The position numbers were made by a program, and so were the translations under genes. Below the pieces are notes generated by a model, which saw only the letters and a list, made by a program, of their open reading frames with translations, was not told the DNA's origin and did no database searches. A stretch of DNA of 64,000 bases from Felis catus (Eukaryota), in contig NC_058368.1 in assembly GCF_018350175.1 (NCBI RefSeq), positions 166,472,001-166,536,000 of the forward strand, written 5' to 3'. Position 1 is the stretch's first letter, and every line of letters starts with the position of its first letter. Of the stretch, positions 41,570 through 55,025 are shown one piece after another.

Positions 41570-42996
41570 TCAGTTTTATTCTTATTAGCAATGTTGGTTG
41601 TTCATCAAAAGAAATTCCAATTTCTCAAGGATTTGATTGCTGAAGTCAACTGAGGACTCATGTAGGCATCGGAGACAAAATCTATAATGGGGCTTTTCTC
41701 AAACGGGAACCTCAGTGATGAGTGACTAGACATCTCCATGGCTTTCACTCAAGTGCATACCTAGTATTTATTTAGTAGAAACTTTGGAGCAGAGTGGCAG
41801 GTTGTATAAGTAAAATGAGAAGATGGTTCTAAATAACCTCTAAATCTCAAAAGCTTGAAATAACAAAGTTTCATTTCTTGCTCAAGTTACGTAAAAGCTG
41901 TGGCAGCTGCAATTCAATTGCCTGCACCCCAGTAGTCTTCTATGGGTCTTTTTTATTCTAGCAACCAGGCAGCAGCCTATATTGAAGTGTGCTGTTCACA
42001 TGGCAGAAGGAAAAAAGGAAAAGTGCTGAATCATATTGTCACTCATAAGCCTTCTTCTCATTGTACTCAGACTTGTTCACACATTCTACTGACGAGAAAA
42101 GTAAAACGAGAAGTTGATGAGCTGAGGAAATGTACTCCTCCCATAGGGAGATATTGACCCTCACATGGTAATGGACAGGGTTAAATAATCCTGTTACAGC
42201 AAGTAATTGGAAAGAATATTATAATCTACCACAGACAATATTTTGGCTGTGTTGTTCATTTCCTTCCTTTCGTTAGTTAAAATGTCCTTATTTCCTTCAA
42301 AGGAGTTACCAAAAAGTCCTATCAAATCACAGTGTTAAGGCTCAAAGTCCAGGATCTTGATACAGCCTTGGCATTTTTTCCAGATGTGAATCTTCTTGAT
42401 TCAAAGGCTGGAGTTTGAAAAAGATTACCTGCACACACACACACACCTCTAACAACAATTAGGGACTAATTAATCACACAGTCTTTTTCAGATAGAAGAA
42501 TTGGAGATACAAAGCAGTTGATGTTCTATAACAATGCTAAATTTGGGGGATAAGGAATAATTTTTAATGCACTAACTCACCTCATCTACTTCTTGGAAGT
42601 AGCCAAAAAACTAATAATTCTCTATAAGCCCTTAGTTCTGTGCTCTGGGAGGTCCTTCCCTATTATTCTCTTAAGCCACATCTGAAAACACCTTTGAAGA
42701 ATATGCACTCTTCAGCCCGGCTGCAGCTTGTAGAATATTAGGCACCCAAATATCATCTTGAGTTTTCCATAGTCTTTTTTTTTTTGACCAAAGGTGCCAT
42801 GGCTCATTAATGACTGAATTGAATTTTTTTCTACTTGCTTGCAGTCAGCTCCATATGCCAACACTTCACACCTACAATTCTCTTAAAGGTGGATCTCTCT
42901 TTTCATGTGTACATATTTGTATTTGTGAAGTCATATTCTAAGTTGGGGCAATAACCATCCTTGTAATTTCTAAAGGGTAGACTAGTTGCTCTATAC

Positions 42997-42998
<2 letters not shown>

Positions 42999-43048
<50 letters not shown>
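42999..43048. repeat. (GT)25 microsatellite
   Basis: Read directly from the sequence. Confidence 0.95.
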
Positions 43049-43050
<2 letters not shown>

Positions 43051-43151
43051 GGGATAATCATGATGGATGGAATCAGAATTTTCAGCAATAGAGCTTCTTT
43101 AAACCACACATGATCTTTACCTTTCCAGCTATACATGTGATCACCATTAGA

Positions 43152-43208
43152 GATTCAGAATTTAGAAAAATTCAGAATTCAGAATTTAGATTCAGAATTT
43201 AGATTCAG
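43152..43208. repeat. Imperfect short tandem repeat (GATTCAGAATTTA-like units)
   Basis: About four imperfect copies. Confidence 0.8.
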
Positions 43209-44128
43209 TCTTTAAAAAACATCCTGAATTCTAAATATATGTCGGGATAGTAATGAGTAATAGCAGCTTAAAAAGGAAACTTACACTACCCAGATATGGT
43301 GGTTGTAAGAAGAGATTTCTGGAAGTATTATTTAGAAATTATTGATGTAAAAGTTACAAATATTAACTTCTATTTGCTTCTTTGTATTTTCTAAACAGAG
43401 GCAGGGTATTATGTTAGATGCTCTTGTAACATCGGGTTTTTATGCATGGAGGAACCAGTTGTTAATTGATTCCTCCAAAGGAGAAAAAGAGGAAATAAAT
43501 CCTTAGCTAAGAATTTTTCTCATAATATTTTGGCTAACAAATATTCTTTCTCAAGAAGAAATTTTAAGGTAACAATGTTGTATCTCAGTATCTATCATAT
43601 TAAACAACAGAGAAAGAAAATCTTTCCTATACTGTAAACAAGATGAAATTATTTAGGTATTTTTGATGACATTTATTTTTCTTACTGAAATTAAAATCAA
43701 TATACATTTTCCTTTTCTTTCCTCTATCAATATGTATTTACTGGCTTACCCTTTGATGGTAAGTGCGCTATTCACTTGAGATGAGGTATGCAAAATGCAA
43801 ACTTCCTTATGCAATCTGGAGTAAAATAAGAAGGACTGAGCAAGCAGTACCCAAACAGTAGAGTACACACTAGTCAGGAATAAGGAGAGTGTCTAAATGA
43901 AGAGGCAAGAAAGTGCTTCTGGGAAATATGGGGAGAATTCACAGAGGAGGTACCTAATAGAGTCTTAAAAAGTGAAAGTAAGATACTGTGAGTGGAGACA
44001 ACATCAATGCAAACAGAAGAAGCATGAGAAAATAAGGACAATGAACATATTAGCATACCTGAAGTCTAACTTTCAAGTAGAGAGACCTGAGTCCTAGACT
44101 GGTCAGTCCTATGAAATATACTAAGAGA

Positions 44129-44343
44129 GGGGCGCCTGGGTGGCTCAGTCGGTTAAGCATCTGACTTCCGCTCAGATCATGATCTCTCCATTGTGAGTTT
44201 GAGCCCTGCTTTGGGCTCTGTGCTGACAGCTCAGGGCCTGGAGCCTGCTTCTGATTCTGTATCTCCCTCTCTCTCTTAGCCCTCTCCCGCTCACACTGAC
44301 TCTCTCTCAAAATCAATAAAGATTGAAAAAAATTAAAAAAAGA
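44129..44343 (+). mobile_element. Felid CanSINE
   Basis: GGGGCGCCTGGGTGGCTCAG head; TSD gaaatata(c/t)taagag. Confidence 0.94.
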
Positions 44344-44383
44344 GAAATATATTAAGAGTAAAACTATTCTTCAGTGTCACACA

Positions 44384-44385
44384 AT

Positions 44386-44416
<31 letters not shown>

Positions 44417-44420
44417 TTTT
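44384..44420. repeat. (TTTA)n microsatellite
   Basis: Read directly from the sequence. Confidence 0.9.
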
Positions 44421-45893
44421 CACTAAGTGTAGTATTATCAGATGAGGGATTTAAAACCACGAACCTGATAGGCTTGGGAAATGGATTGGCATAGGGTGAT
44501 GTTGACAGCAGAGAGACCGAGCTATTATCATTATAAGTGAGACAAATACAGATCTGAAATAAGACCTTAGCCATTTTCTTTCAAAACTCACTTTTTGAAA
44601 TATTTTAGGCATCTATTTCAATAAAGGTATTCTTTCTACCTATTTCACTACAAACATTAATAATTGCTTTGTGCTACTACCATAATTCTGAAGAAAACCC
44701 TAAAACTTCATTGTTTTTACTTAAAATATGCAATAGTCAAATGTCCAACCATTTTAAAAGATTATAATTGATAAATACAAATGCATAGCTTCTTTAATCT
44801 CTATAAGGAGAAAGGACAAACATGTTGAATGTTTTACATAAAGTATTAACCCAACAAGCAGACAGTTACCATTTTTAATTCACATTGCCATTCCTATTTA
44901 AGAGGGACACAAGATAAAATGGAGGAAAATTTACCGAACATTATCTGTTTAAGCAGGGACCTAATCCAGTAGTTTAACTCTCCTAATAAATATTGCTCCA
45001 CATAAGGGCTGTACTACATTCTGTACTACACAGCAAATTTTACTTAGCCAAACTAATTATCAATAAATCTGCCAGAATTCACTCAAAATATTCTCCTAAT
45101 TAATCAGAATAGGAATAAATGAATTGAAAAACATTATTAGCCCATGAAAGAAATCTTAGCAGTTTCTAGGGTTACTTAACTGATTTGTCTGTCTTAATCC
45201 TGGCATACCCATCAGCCTTTGCCTTTCAAGCCAGTTAAAAATATTCTGATTACCTGGGATGAAGAAATTATAAAAACCTTTTAACAGCACCAAATAATTG
45301 TGATTCTTAGCTGGAATACATTTATTTGCTCAAGCACACTTGATTCTGGTAATAAAATTCATGTCTCTATTCATACACTAAAATAGTAACCTCTGTGGTT
45401 CTTTAATCTTTAAATGACTCCTGTTCTTTTAGAGTACTTTCATTTACTTTTTTTTTGTTTTGGCTCTTCCATAATTTCTTTTGATCTCTTCCTCAACAAT
45501 TTCCAGTGACTGTGTCAAGAATACTTTCAACAAAATTTTAAATGCCTTTTAAGTATAACAATTAAGCTTCATTAAGGCATAACAGACTAAATCTTAACAC
45601 CAATAATCAGTACTAAATGAAACAGACAACCTTCCATTTGTTTTTTTAAATAGTCATAAGTGTTTTATTTTTTTAATATATGAAATTTATTGTCAAGTTG
45701 GTTTCCATACAACACCCAGTACTCATACCAACAGGTGCCCTCCTCAATACCCACGACCCACCCTCCCCTCCCTCCCACCCCCTATCAACCCTCAGTTTGT
45801 CCTCAGTTTTTAAGAGTCTCTTATGCTTTGGCTCTCTCCCACACTAACCTCTTTTTTTTTCTTCCCCTCCCCCATGGGTTCCTGTTAAGTTTC

Positions 45894-48800
45894 TCAGGAT
45901 CCATATAAGAGTGAACAAATATGGTATCTGTCTTTCTCTGTATGGCTTATTTCACTTAGCATCACACTCTCCACTTCCATCCACGTGGCTGCAAAGGGCC
46001 ATATTTCATTCTTTCTCATTGCCCTGTAGTACTCCATTGTGTATATAAACCACAATTTCTTTATCCCTTCATCAGTTGATGGACATTTAGGCTCTATCCA
46101 TAATTTGGCTATTGTTGAGAGTGCTGCTATAAACATTGGGGTACAAGTGCCCCTATGCATCAGCACTCCTGTATCCCTTGGGTAAATTCCTAGCAGTGTT
46201 ACTGCTGGATCATAGGCTAGGTCTATTTTTAATGTTTTGAGGAACCTCCACACTGTTTTCCAGAGTGGCTGCACCAATTTGCATTCCCACCAACCGTGCA
46301 AGAGGGTTCCCGTTTCTCCACATCCTCTCCAGCATCTATAGTCTCCTGTTTTGTTCATTTTGGCCACTCTGACTGGCATGAGGTGATATCTGAGTGTGAT
46401 TTTGATTTGTATTTCCCTGATGAGGAGCGACATTGAGCATCTTTTCAAGTGCCTGTTGGCCATCTGGATGTCTTCTTTAGAGAAGTGTCTATTCATGTTT
46501 TCTGCCCATTTCTTCACTGGATTATTTGTTTTTTGGGTGGAGTTTGGTGAGCTCTTTATAGATTATGGATACTAGCCCTTTGTCCAATATGTCATTTCCA
46601 AATATGTTTTCCGTTGGCATTCTGTTGGTTGCCTTTTAGTTTTGTTGATTGTGTCCTTTGCTGTGCAGAAGCTTTTTATCTTCATGAGGTCCCAGTAGTT
46701 CCTTTTTGCTTTTAATTCCCTTGACTTTGGGGATGTGTCAAGTAAGAAATTGCTACAGGTGAGGTCAGAGAGGTCTTTTCCTGCTTTCTCCTCTAGGGTT
46801 TTGATGGTTTTCCTGTCTCACATTCAGGTCCTTTATCCATTTTGAGTTTATTTTTGTGAATGGTGTGAGAAAATGGTCTAGTTTCAACCTTCTACATGTT
46901 GCTGTCCAGTTCTCCCAGCACCACTGGTTAAAGAGACTGTCTTTTTTCCATTGGATGTTCTTTCCTGCTTTGTCAAAGATTAGTTGGCCATACTTCTGTG
47001 GGTCTAGTTCTGGGGGTTTCTATTCTATTCCATTGGTCTATGTGTCTGTTTTTGTGCCAATACCATGCTGTCTTGATGATGACAGCTTTGTAGTAGAGGC
47101 TAAAGTCTGGGATTGTGATGCCTCCTGCTTTGGTCTTCTTCTTCAAAATTCCTTTGGCTATTCTGGGCCTTTTGTGGTTCCATATGAATTTTAGGATTGC
47201 TTGTTCTAGTTTCGAGAAGAATGCTGGTGCAATTTTGATTGGGATTGCATTGAATGTGTAGATAGCTTTGGGTAGTATTGACATTTTGACAATATTTATT
47301 CCTCCAACCCATGAACAAGGAATGTTTTTCCATTTCCTTGTATCGTCTTCAATTTCCTTCATAAGCTTTCTATAGTTTTCAGCATACAGATGTTTTACAT
47401 CTTTGGTTAGATTTATTCCTAGGTATTTCATGCTTCTTAGTACAGTTGTGAATGGGATCAGTTTCTTCATTTGTCTTTCTGTTGCTTCGTTATTAGTGTA
47501 TAAGAATGCAACTGATTTCTGTACATTGATTTTGTATCCTGCAACTTTGCTGAATTCATGTATCAGTTCTAGCAGACTTCTGGTGGAGTCTATTGGATTT
47601 TCCATGTATAATATCATGTCATCTGCAAAAAGTGAAAGCTTAACTTCATCTTTGCCAATTTTGATGCCTTTGATTTCCTTTTGTTGTCTGGTTGCTGATG
47701 CTAGCACTTTCAACATTATGTGAAACAACAGCGGTGAGAGTGGACATCCCTGTTGTGTTCCTGATCTCAGGGAAAAAGCTCTCAGTTTTTCCCCATTGAG
47801 GATATTAGCTGTGGGCTTTTCATAAATGGCTTTTATGATGTTTAAGTATGTTCCTTCTATCCTGACTTTCTATGGGTTTTTATTAATAAAGGATGCTGAA
47901 TTTTGTCAAATCCTTTTTTGCATCAATTTACAGGATCATATGGTTCTTATCTTTTCTTTTATTAATGTGATGTATCACGTTGATTGATTTGCGAATGTTG
48001 AACCAGCCCTGCATCCCAGGAATGAATCCCTCTTGATCATGGTGAATAATTCTTTTTATATGGTGTTGAATTCGATTTGGTAGTATCTTATTAAGAATTT
48101 TTGCAACCATGTTCATCAGGGATATTGACCTGTAATTCTCTTTTTTTACTGGGTCTCTGTCTGGTTTAGGAATCAAAGTAATACTGGCTTCATAGAATCA
48201 GTCTGGAATTTTTCCTTCCCTTTCTATTTTTTGGAATAGCTTGAGAAGGAAAGGTATTATCTCTGCTTTAAATGTCTGGTAGAATTCTCCTGGGAAGCCA
48301 TCTGGTCCTGGACTCTTATTTGTTGGGAGATTTTTGATAACTGATTCAATTTCTTCACTGGGAATGGGTCTGTTAAAGCTTTCTATTTCTTCCTGTTTGA
48401 GTTTTGGAAGTGTGTGGGTGTTTAGGAATTTGTCCATTTCTTCCGGGTTGTCCAGTTTGTTGGCATATAATTTTTCATAGTATTCCCTGATGATTGCTTG
48501 TATTTCTGAGGGACTGGTTGTGATAATTCCATTTCATTCATGATTTTATCTATTTGGGTCATCTCCCTTTTCTTTTTGAGAAGCCTGGCTAGAGGTTTAT
48601 CAATTTTGTTTATTTTTTTCAAAAAAGGAACTCTAAGTTTCAATGATCTGCTCTACAGTTTTTTTTAGATTCTATATTGTTTATTTCTGCTCTGATCCTT
48701 ATTATTTCTCTTCTTCTGCTGGGTTTAGGGTGTCTTTGCTGTTCTGCTTCTATTTCCTTTAGGTGTGCTGTTAGATTTTGTATTTGGGATTTTTCTTGTT

Positions 48801-49328
48801 TCTTGAGATTGGCCTGGATTGCAATGTATTTTCCTCTCAGGACTGCCTTTGCTGTATCCCAAAGCGTTTGAATTGTTGTATTTTCATTTTCGTTTGTTTC
48901 CATATTTTTAAAAATTTCTTCTCTACTTGCCTGGTTGACCCATTCATTCTTTAGTAGGGTGTTCTTTAACCTCCATGCTTTTGGAGGTTTTCCGACTTTT
49001 TCCTGTGGTTGATTTCAAGCTTCATAGCATTGTGGTCTGAAAGTATGCATGGTATGATCTCAATTCTTTATACTTATGAAGGGCTGTTTTGTGACCCAGA
49101 ATGTGATCTGTCTTGGAGAATGTTCCATGTGCACTTGAGAAGAAAGTATATTCTGTTGCTTTGGGATGCAGAGTTCTAAATATATCTGTCAAGTCCATCT
49201 GATCCAATGTCTCATTCAGGGCCCTTGTTTCTTTATTGACCATGTGTCTAGATGATCTATCCATTGTTGTAGGTGGGATATTAAAGTCCTCTGCAATTAC
49301 CACATTCTTATCAATAAGGTTGCTTATG
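45894..49328 (-). pseudogene. Remainder of the outer L1 ORF2, multiply frameshifted
   Basis: Collinear fragments 49022-49328, 48640-48903, 48198-48437, 47928-48176, 46973-47728 (LFADD) and 45894-46517 (Cys-rich end). Confidence 0.92.
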
Positions 49329-50257
49329 GGAGAAGCGGCAAGATGGCAGCTTAGGAGGATGCTGGGCTCACCGCGCGTCCTGCTGATCACTTAGATTCCA
49401 CCTACACCTGCCTAAATAACCCAGAAAACCGCCAGAGGATTAGCAGAATGGAGTCGCCGGAGCGAAACGCAGACGAGAGGCCCACGGAAGAGGGTAGGAA
49501 GGGCGGCGAGGCTGTGCGCGCTCCACGGACTGGCGGGAGGGAGCCGGGGCGGAGGGGCGGCTCGCCGGCCAAGCAGAGCCCCCGAGTCTGGCTGGCAAAA
49601 GTGGAGGGGCCTGACGGACTGTGTTCCCACAACAAGCGCGACTTAGCGTCTGGGAGGTCATAAGTTAACAGCTTTGCTCGGAAAGCGGGAAGGCTGGAGG
49701 ACAAAGGGAGGGAGAGCTGCTGAGCCCCCTGATGACAGAGCTCAGCTTGGTGGGGAACAAAGGCGCTCGCCAGCGCCATCTCCCCTGCCCATCCCCCAGC
49801 CAAAATCCCAAAGAGAACCAGTTCCTGCGAGGGAACTTGCTCGCTCCGTGCAAACACCCAACTCTGTGCTTCTGCGGAGCCAAACCTCCGGCAGTGGATC
49901 TGACTCCCTCCCGCTGCCACAGGGCCCCTCCTGAAGAGGATCACCTAAGGAGAAGCGATCTAAGCCTGCCCCTCCTGCCCCCGTGCACCTTGCCTACCCA
50001 CCCCAGCTAATACGCCAGATCCCCAGCATCACAAGCCTGGCAGTGTGCAAGTAGCCCAGACGGGCCACATCACCCCACAGTGAATCCCGCCCCTAGGAGA
50101 GGGGAAGAGAAGGCACACACCAGTCTGACTGTGGCCCCAGTGGTGGGCTGGGGGCAGACATCAGGTCTGACTGTGGCCCCGCCCACCAACTCCAGTTATA
50201 CACCACAACACAGAGGAAGTGCCCTGCAGGTCCTCACCACGCCAGGGACTCTCCAAA
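49329..50257 (+). promoter_or_regulatory. L1 5'UTR internal promoter, CpG-rich, with a YY1-like motif
   Basis: GC/CpG-rich island in an AT-rich window; CAAGATGGC about 10 nt from the 5' end, where L1 YY1 sites typically lie. Confidence 0.75.
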
Positions 50258-51151
50258 ATGACCAAGCAGAAGAATTCCCCTCAGAAGAATCTCCAGGAAA
50301 TAACAACAGCTAATGAGCTGATCAAAAAGGATTTAAATAATATAACAGAAAGTGAATTTAGAATAATAGTCATAAAATTAATCGCTGGGCTTGAAAACAG
50401 TATACAGGACAGCAGAGAATCTCTTGCTACAGAGATCAAGGGACTAAGGAACAGTCACGAGGAGCTGAAAAACGCTTTAAACGAAATGCATAATAAAATG
50501 GAAACCACCACAGCTCGGCTTGAAGAGGCAGAGGAGAGAATAGGTGAACTAGAGGATAAAGTTATGGAAAAAGAGGAAGCTGAGAAAAAGAGAGATAAAA
50601 AAATCCAGGAGTATGAGGGGAAAATTAGAGAACTAAGTGATACACTAAAAAGAAATAATATACGCATAATTGGTATCCCAGAGGAGGAAGAGAGAGGGAA
50701 AGGTGCTGAAGGGGTACTTGAAGAAATAATAGCTGATAACTTCCCTGAACTGGGGAAGGAAAAAGGCATTGAAATCCAAGAGGCACAGAGAACTCCCTTC
50801 AGACGTAACTTGAATCGATCTTCTGCATGACATATCATAGTCAAACTGGCAAAATACAAGGATAAAGAGAAAATTCTGAAAGCAGCAAGGGGTAAACGTG
50901 CCCTCACATATAAAGGGAGACCTATAAGACTCGTGACTGATCTCTCTTTTGAAACTTGGCAGGCCAGAAAGAATTGGCACGAGATTTTCAGGGTGCTAGA
51001 CAGAAAAAATATGCAGCCGAGAATCCTTTACCCAGCAAGTCTGTCATTTAGAATAGAAGGAGAGATAAAGGTTTTCCCAAACAAACAAAAACTGAAGGAA
51101 TTTGTCACCACTAAACCAGCCCTACAAGAGATCCTAAGGGGGACCCTGTGA
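50258..51151 (+). pseudogene. L1 ORF1p (RNA-binding chaperone), 297 codons, one premature stop
   Basis: ATG at 50258 (MTKQKNSPQKNLQE...), coiled coil, RNNIRIIGIPE and ILYPASLSF...KEFVTTKPALQEIL motifs. In-frame TGA at 50828-50830 where the outer copy has CGA. Confidence 0.93.
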
Positions 51152-51201
51152 GACAAAGTCCCAGAGACATCACTACAAGCATAAAACATACAGACATCAC
51201 A

Positions 51202-54200
51202 ATGACTCTCAACCCGTATCTTTCTATAATAACACTGAATGTAAATGGATTAAATGCACCAACCAAAAGACATAGGGTATCAGAATGGATAAAAAAATAA
51301 GACCCATCTATTTGCTGTCTACAAGAGACTCATTTTAGACCTGAGGACACCTTTAGATTGAGAGTGAGGGGATGGAGAACTATTTATCATGCGACTGGAA
51401 GCCAAAAGAAAGCTGGAGTAGCCATACTTATATCAGACAAACTAGACTTTAAATTAAAGGCTGTAACAAAAGATGAAGAAGGACATTATATAATAGTTAC
51501 AGGGTCTATCCATCAGGAAGAGCTCACAATTATAAATGTCTATGCGCCGAATACCGGAGCCCCCAAATATATAAAACAATTACTCATAAACATAAGCAAC
51601 CTTATTGATAAGAATGTGGTAATTGCAGGGGACTTTAACACCCCACTTACAGAAATGGACAGATCATCTAGACACACGGTCAATAAAGAAACAAGGGCCC
51701 TGAATGAGACATTGGATCAGATGGACTTGACAGATATATTTAGAACGCTGCATCCCAAAGCAACAGAATATACTTTCTTCTCGAGTGTACATGGAACATT
51801 CTCCAAGATAGATCATATACTGGGTCACAAAACAGCCCTTCATAAGTTTACAAGAATTGAAATTATACCATGCATACTTTCAGACCACAATGCTATGAAG
51901 CTTGAAATCAACCACAGGAAAAAGTCTGGAAAACCTCCAAAGGCATGGAGGTTAAAGAACACCCTACTAACGAATGAGTGGGTCAACCAGGCAATTAGAG
52001 AAGAAATTAAAAAATATATGGGAACAAACGAAAATGAAAATACAACAATCCAAACGCTTTGGGACGCAGCGAAGGCAGTCCTGAGAGGAAAATACATTGC
52101 AATCCAGGCCTATCTCAAGAAACAAGAAAAATCCCAAATACAAAATCTAACAGCACACCCAAAGGAACTAGAAGCAGAACAGCAAAGGCAGCCTAAACCC
52201 AGCAGAAGAAGAGAAATAATAAAGATCAGAGCAGAAATAAACAATATAGAATCTAAAAAACTGTAGAGCAGATCAACGAAACCAAGAGTTGGTTTTTTGA
52301 AAAAATAAACAAAATTGACAAACCTCTAGCCAGGCTTCTCAAAAAGAAAAGGGAAATGACCCAAATAGATAAAATCATGAATGAAAATGGAATTATTACA
52401 ACCAATCCCTCAGAGATACAAACAATTATCAGGGAATACTATGAAAAATTATATGCCAACAAATTGGACAACCTGGAAGAAATGGACAAATTCCTGAACA
52501 CCCACACTCTTCCAAAACTCAATCAGGAGGAAATAGAAAGCTTGAACAGACCCATAACCAGTGAAGAAATTGAATCGGTTATCAAAAATCTCCCAACAAA
52601 TAAGAGTCCAGGACCAGATGGCTTCCCAGGGGAGTTCTACCAGACGTTTAAAGCAGAGATAATACCTATCCTTCTCAAGCTATTCCAAGAAATAGAAAGG
52701 GAAGGAAAACTTCCAGACTCCTTCTATGAAGCCAGTATTACTTTGATTCCTAAACCAGACAGAGACCCAGTAAAAAAAGAGAACTACAGGCCAATATCCC
52801 TGATGAATATGGATGCAAAAATTCTCAATAAGATACTAGCAAATCGAATTCAACAGCATATAAAAAGAATTATTCACAATGATCAAGTGGGATTCATTCC
52901 TGGGATGCAGGGCTGGTTCAACATTCGCAAATCAATCAATGTGATACATCACATTAACAAAAAAAAAGAGAAGAACCATATGATCCTGTCAATCGATGCA
53001 GAAAAGGCCTTTGACAAAATCCAGCACCCTTTCTTAATAAAAACCCTTGAGAAAGTCGGGATAAAAGGAACATACTTAAAGATCATAAAAGCCATTTATG
53101 AAAAGCCCACAGCTAACATCATCCTCAACGGGGAAAAACTGAGAGCTTTTTCCCTGAGATTAGGAACACGACAAGGATGCCCACTCTCACCGCTGCGGTT
53201 TAACATAGTGCTGGAAGTTCTAGCATCAGCAATCAGACAACAAAAGGAAATCAAAGGCATCAAAATTGGCAAAGACGAAGTCAAGCTTTCGCTTTTTGCA
53301 GACGACATGATATTATACATGGAAAATCCGATAGACTCCACCAAAAGTCTACTAGAACTGATACATGAATTCAGCAAAGTTGCAGGATACAAAATCAATG
53401 TACAGAAATCAGTTGCATTCTTATACACTAACAATGAAGCCACAGAAAGACAAATAAAGAAACTGATCCCATTCACAATTGCACCAAGAAGCATAAAATA
53501 CCTAGGAATAAATCTAACCAAAGATGTAAAGGATCTGTACGCTGAAAACTATAGAAAGCTTATGAAGGAAATTGAAGAAGATTTAAAGAAATGGAAAGAC
53601 ATTCCCTGCTCATGGATTGGAAAAATAAATATTGTCAAAATGTCAATACTACCCAAAGCTATCTACACATTCAATGCAATCCCAATCAAAATTGCACCAG
53701 CATTCTTCTCGAAACTAGAACAAGCAATCCTAAAATTCATATGGAACCACAAAAGGCCGAGAATAGCCAAAGGAATTTTGAAGAAGAAGACCAAAGCAGG
53801 AGGCATCACAATCCCAGACTTTAGCCTCTACTACAAAGCTGTCATCATCAAGACAGCATGGTATTCGCACAGAAACAGACACATAGACCAATGGAATAGA
53901 ATAGAAACCCCAGAACTAGACCCACAAACGTATGGCCAACTCATCTTTGACAAAGCAGGAAAGAACATCCAATGGAAAAAAGACAGCCTCTTTAACAAAT
54001 GGTGCTGGGAGAACTGGACAGCAACATGCAGAAGGTTGAAACTAGACCACTTTCTCACACCATTCACAAAAATAAACTCCAAATGGATAAAGGACCTAAA
54101 TGTGAGACAGGAAACCATCCAAACCTTAGAGGAGAAAGCAGGAAAAGACCTCTCTGACCTCAGCCGTAGCAATCTCTTACTCGACACATCCCCAAAGGCA

Positions 54201-55025
54201 AGGGAATTAAAAGCAAAAGTGAATTACTGGGACCTTATGAAGATAAAAAGCTTCTGCACAGCGAAGGAAACAACCAACAAAACTAAAAGGCAACCAACGG
54301 AATGGGAAAAGATATTCGCAAATGACATATCGGACAAAGGGCTAGTATCCAAAATCTATAAAGAGCTCACCAAACTCCACACCCGAAAAACAAATAACCC
54401 AGTGAAGAAATGGGCAGAAAACATGAATAGACACTTCTCTAAAGAAGACATCCGGATAGCCAACAGGCACATGAAAAGATGTTCAGCGTCGCTCCTTATC
54501 AGGGAAATACAAATCAAAACCACACTCAGGTATCACCTGACGCCAGTCAGAGTGGCCAAAATGAACAAATCAGGAGACTATAGATGCTGGAGAGGATGTG
54601 GAGAAACGGGAACCCTCTTGCACTGTTGGTGGGAATGCAAATTGGTGCAGCCGCTCTGGAAAGCAGTGTGGAGGTTCCTCAGAAAATTAAAAATAGACCT
54701 ACCCTATGACCCAGCAATAGCACTGCTAGGAATTTATCCAAGGGATACAGGAGTGCTGATGCATAGGGGCACTTGTACCCCAATGTTCATAGCAGCACTC
54801 TCAACAATAGCCAAATTATGGAAAGAGCCTAAATGTCCATCAACTGATGAATGGATAAAGAAATTGTGGTTTATATACACAATGGAATATTACATGGCAA
54901 TGAGAAAAAATGAAATATGGCCTTTTGTAGCAACGTGGATGGAAGTGGAGAGTGTGATGCTAAGTGAAATAAGCCATACAGAGAAAGACAGATACCATAT
55001 GGTTTCACTCTTATGTGGACCCTGA
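51202..55025 (+). pseudogene. L1 ORF2p (APE endonuclease, reverse transcriptase, Cys-rich C-terminus), two disabling lesions
   Basis: MTLNPYLSIITLNVNGLN start at 51202; TAA at 51298-51300 (codon 33); frameshift in the A run near 52255-52260; then an 889-aa open frame 52356-55025 containing [23 protein letters not shown] and CWRGC...HCWWEC. Confidence 0.95.

Noticed and set aside
2929..43136. HT-, YI-, CV- or KERK-repeat ORFs
   Set aside because: They are read-throughs of microsatellites.
9087..44316. Recurrent short ORFs of the MAQSV...LTAQSLEP...SLSQK type as a peptide family
   Set aside because: All are translations of CanSINE copies.
52356..55025. 889-aa reverse transcriptase ORF as a novel RT system (retron, DGR or group II intron)
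   Set aside because: It is ordinary LINE-1 ORF2 downstream of a frameshift, with ORF1, UTRs, poly(A) and TSDs in place.
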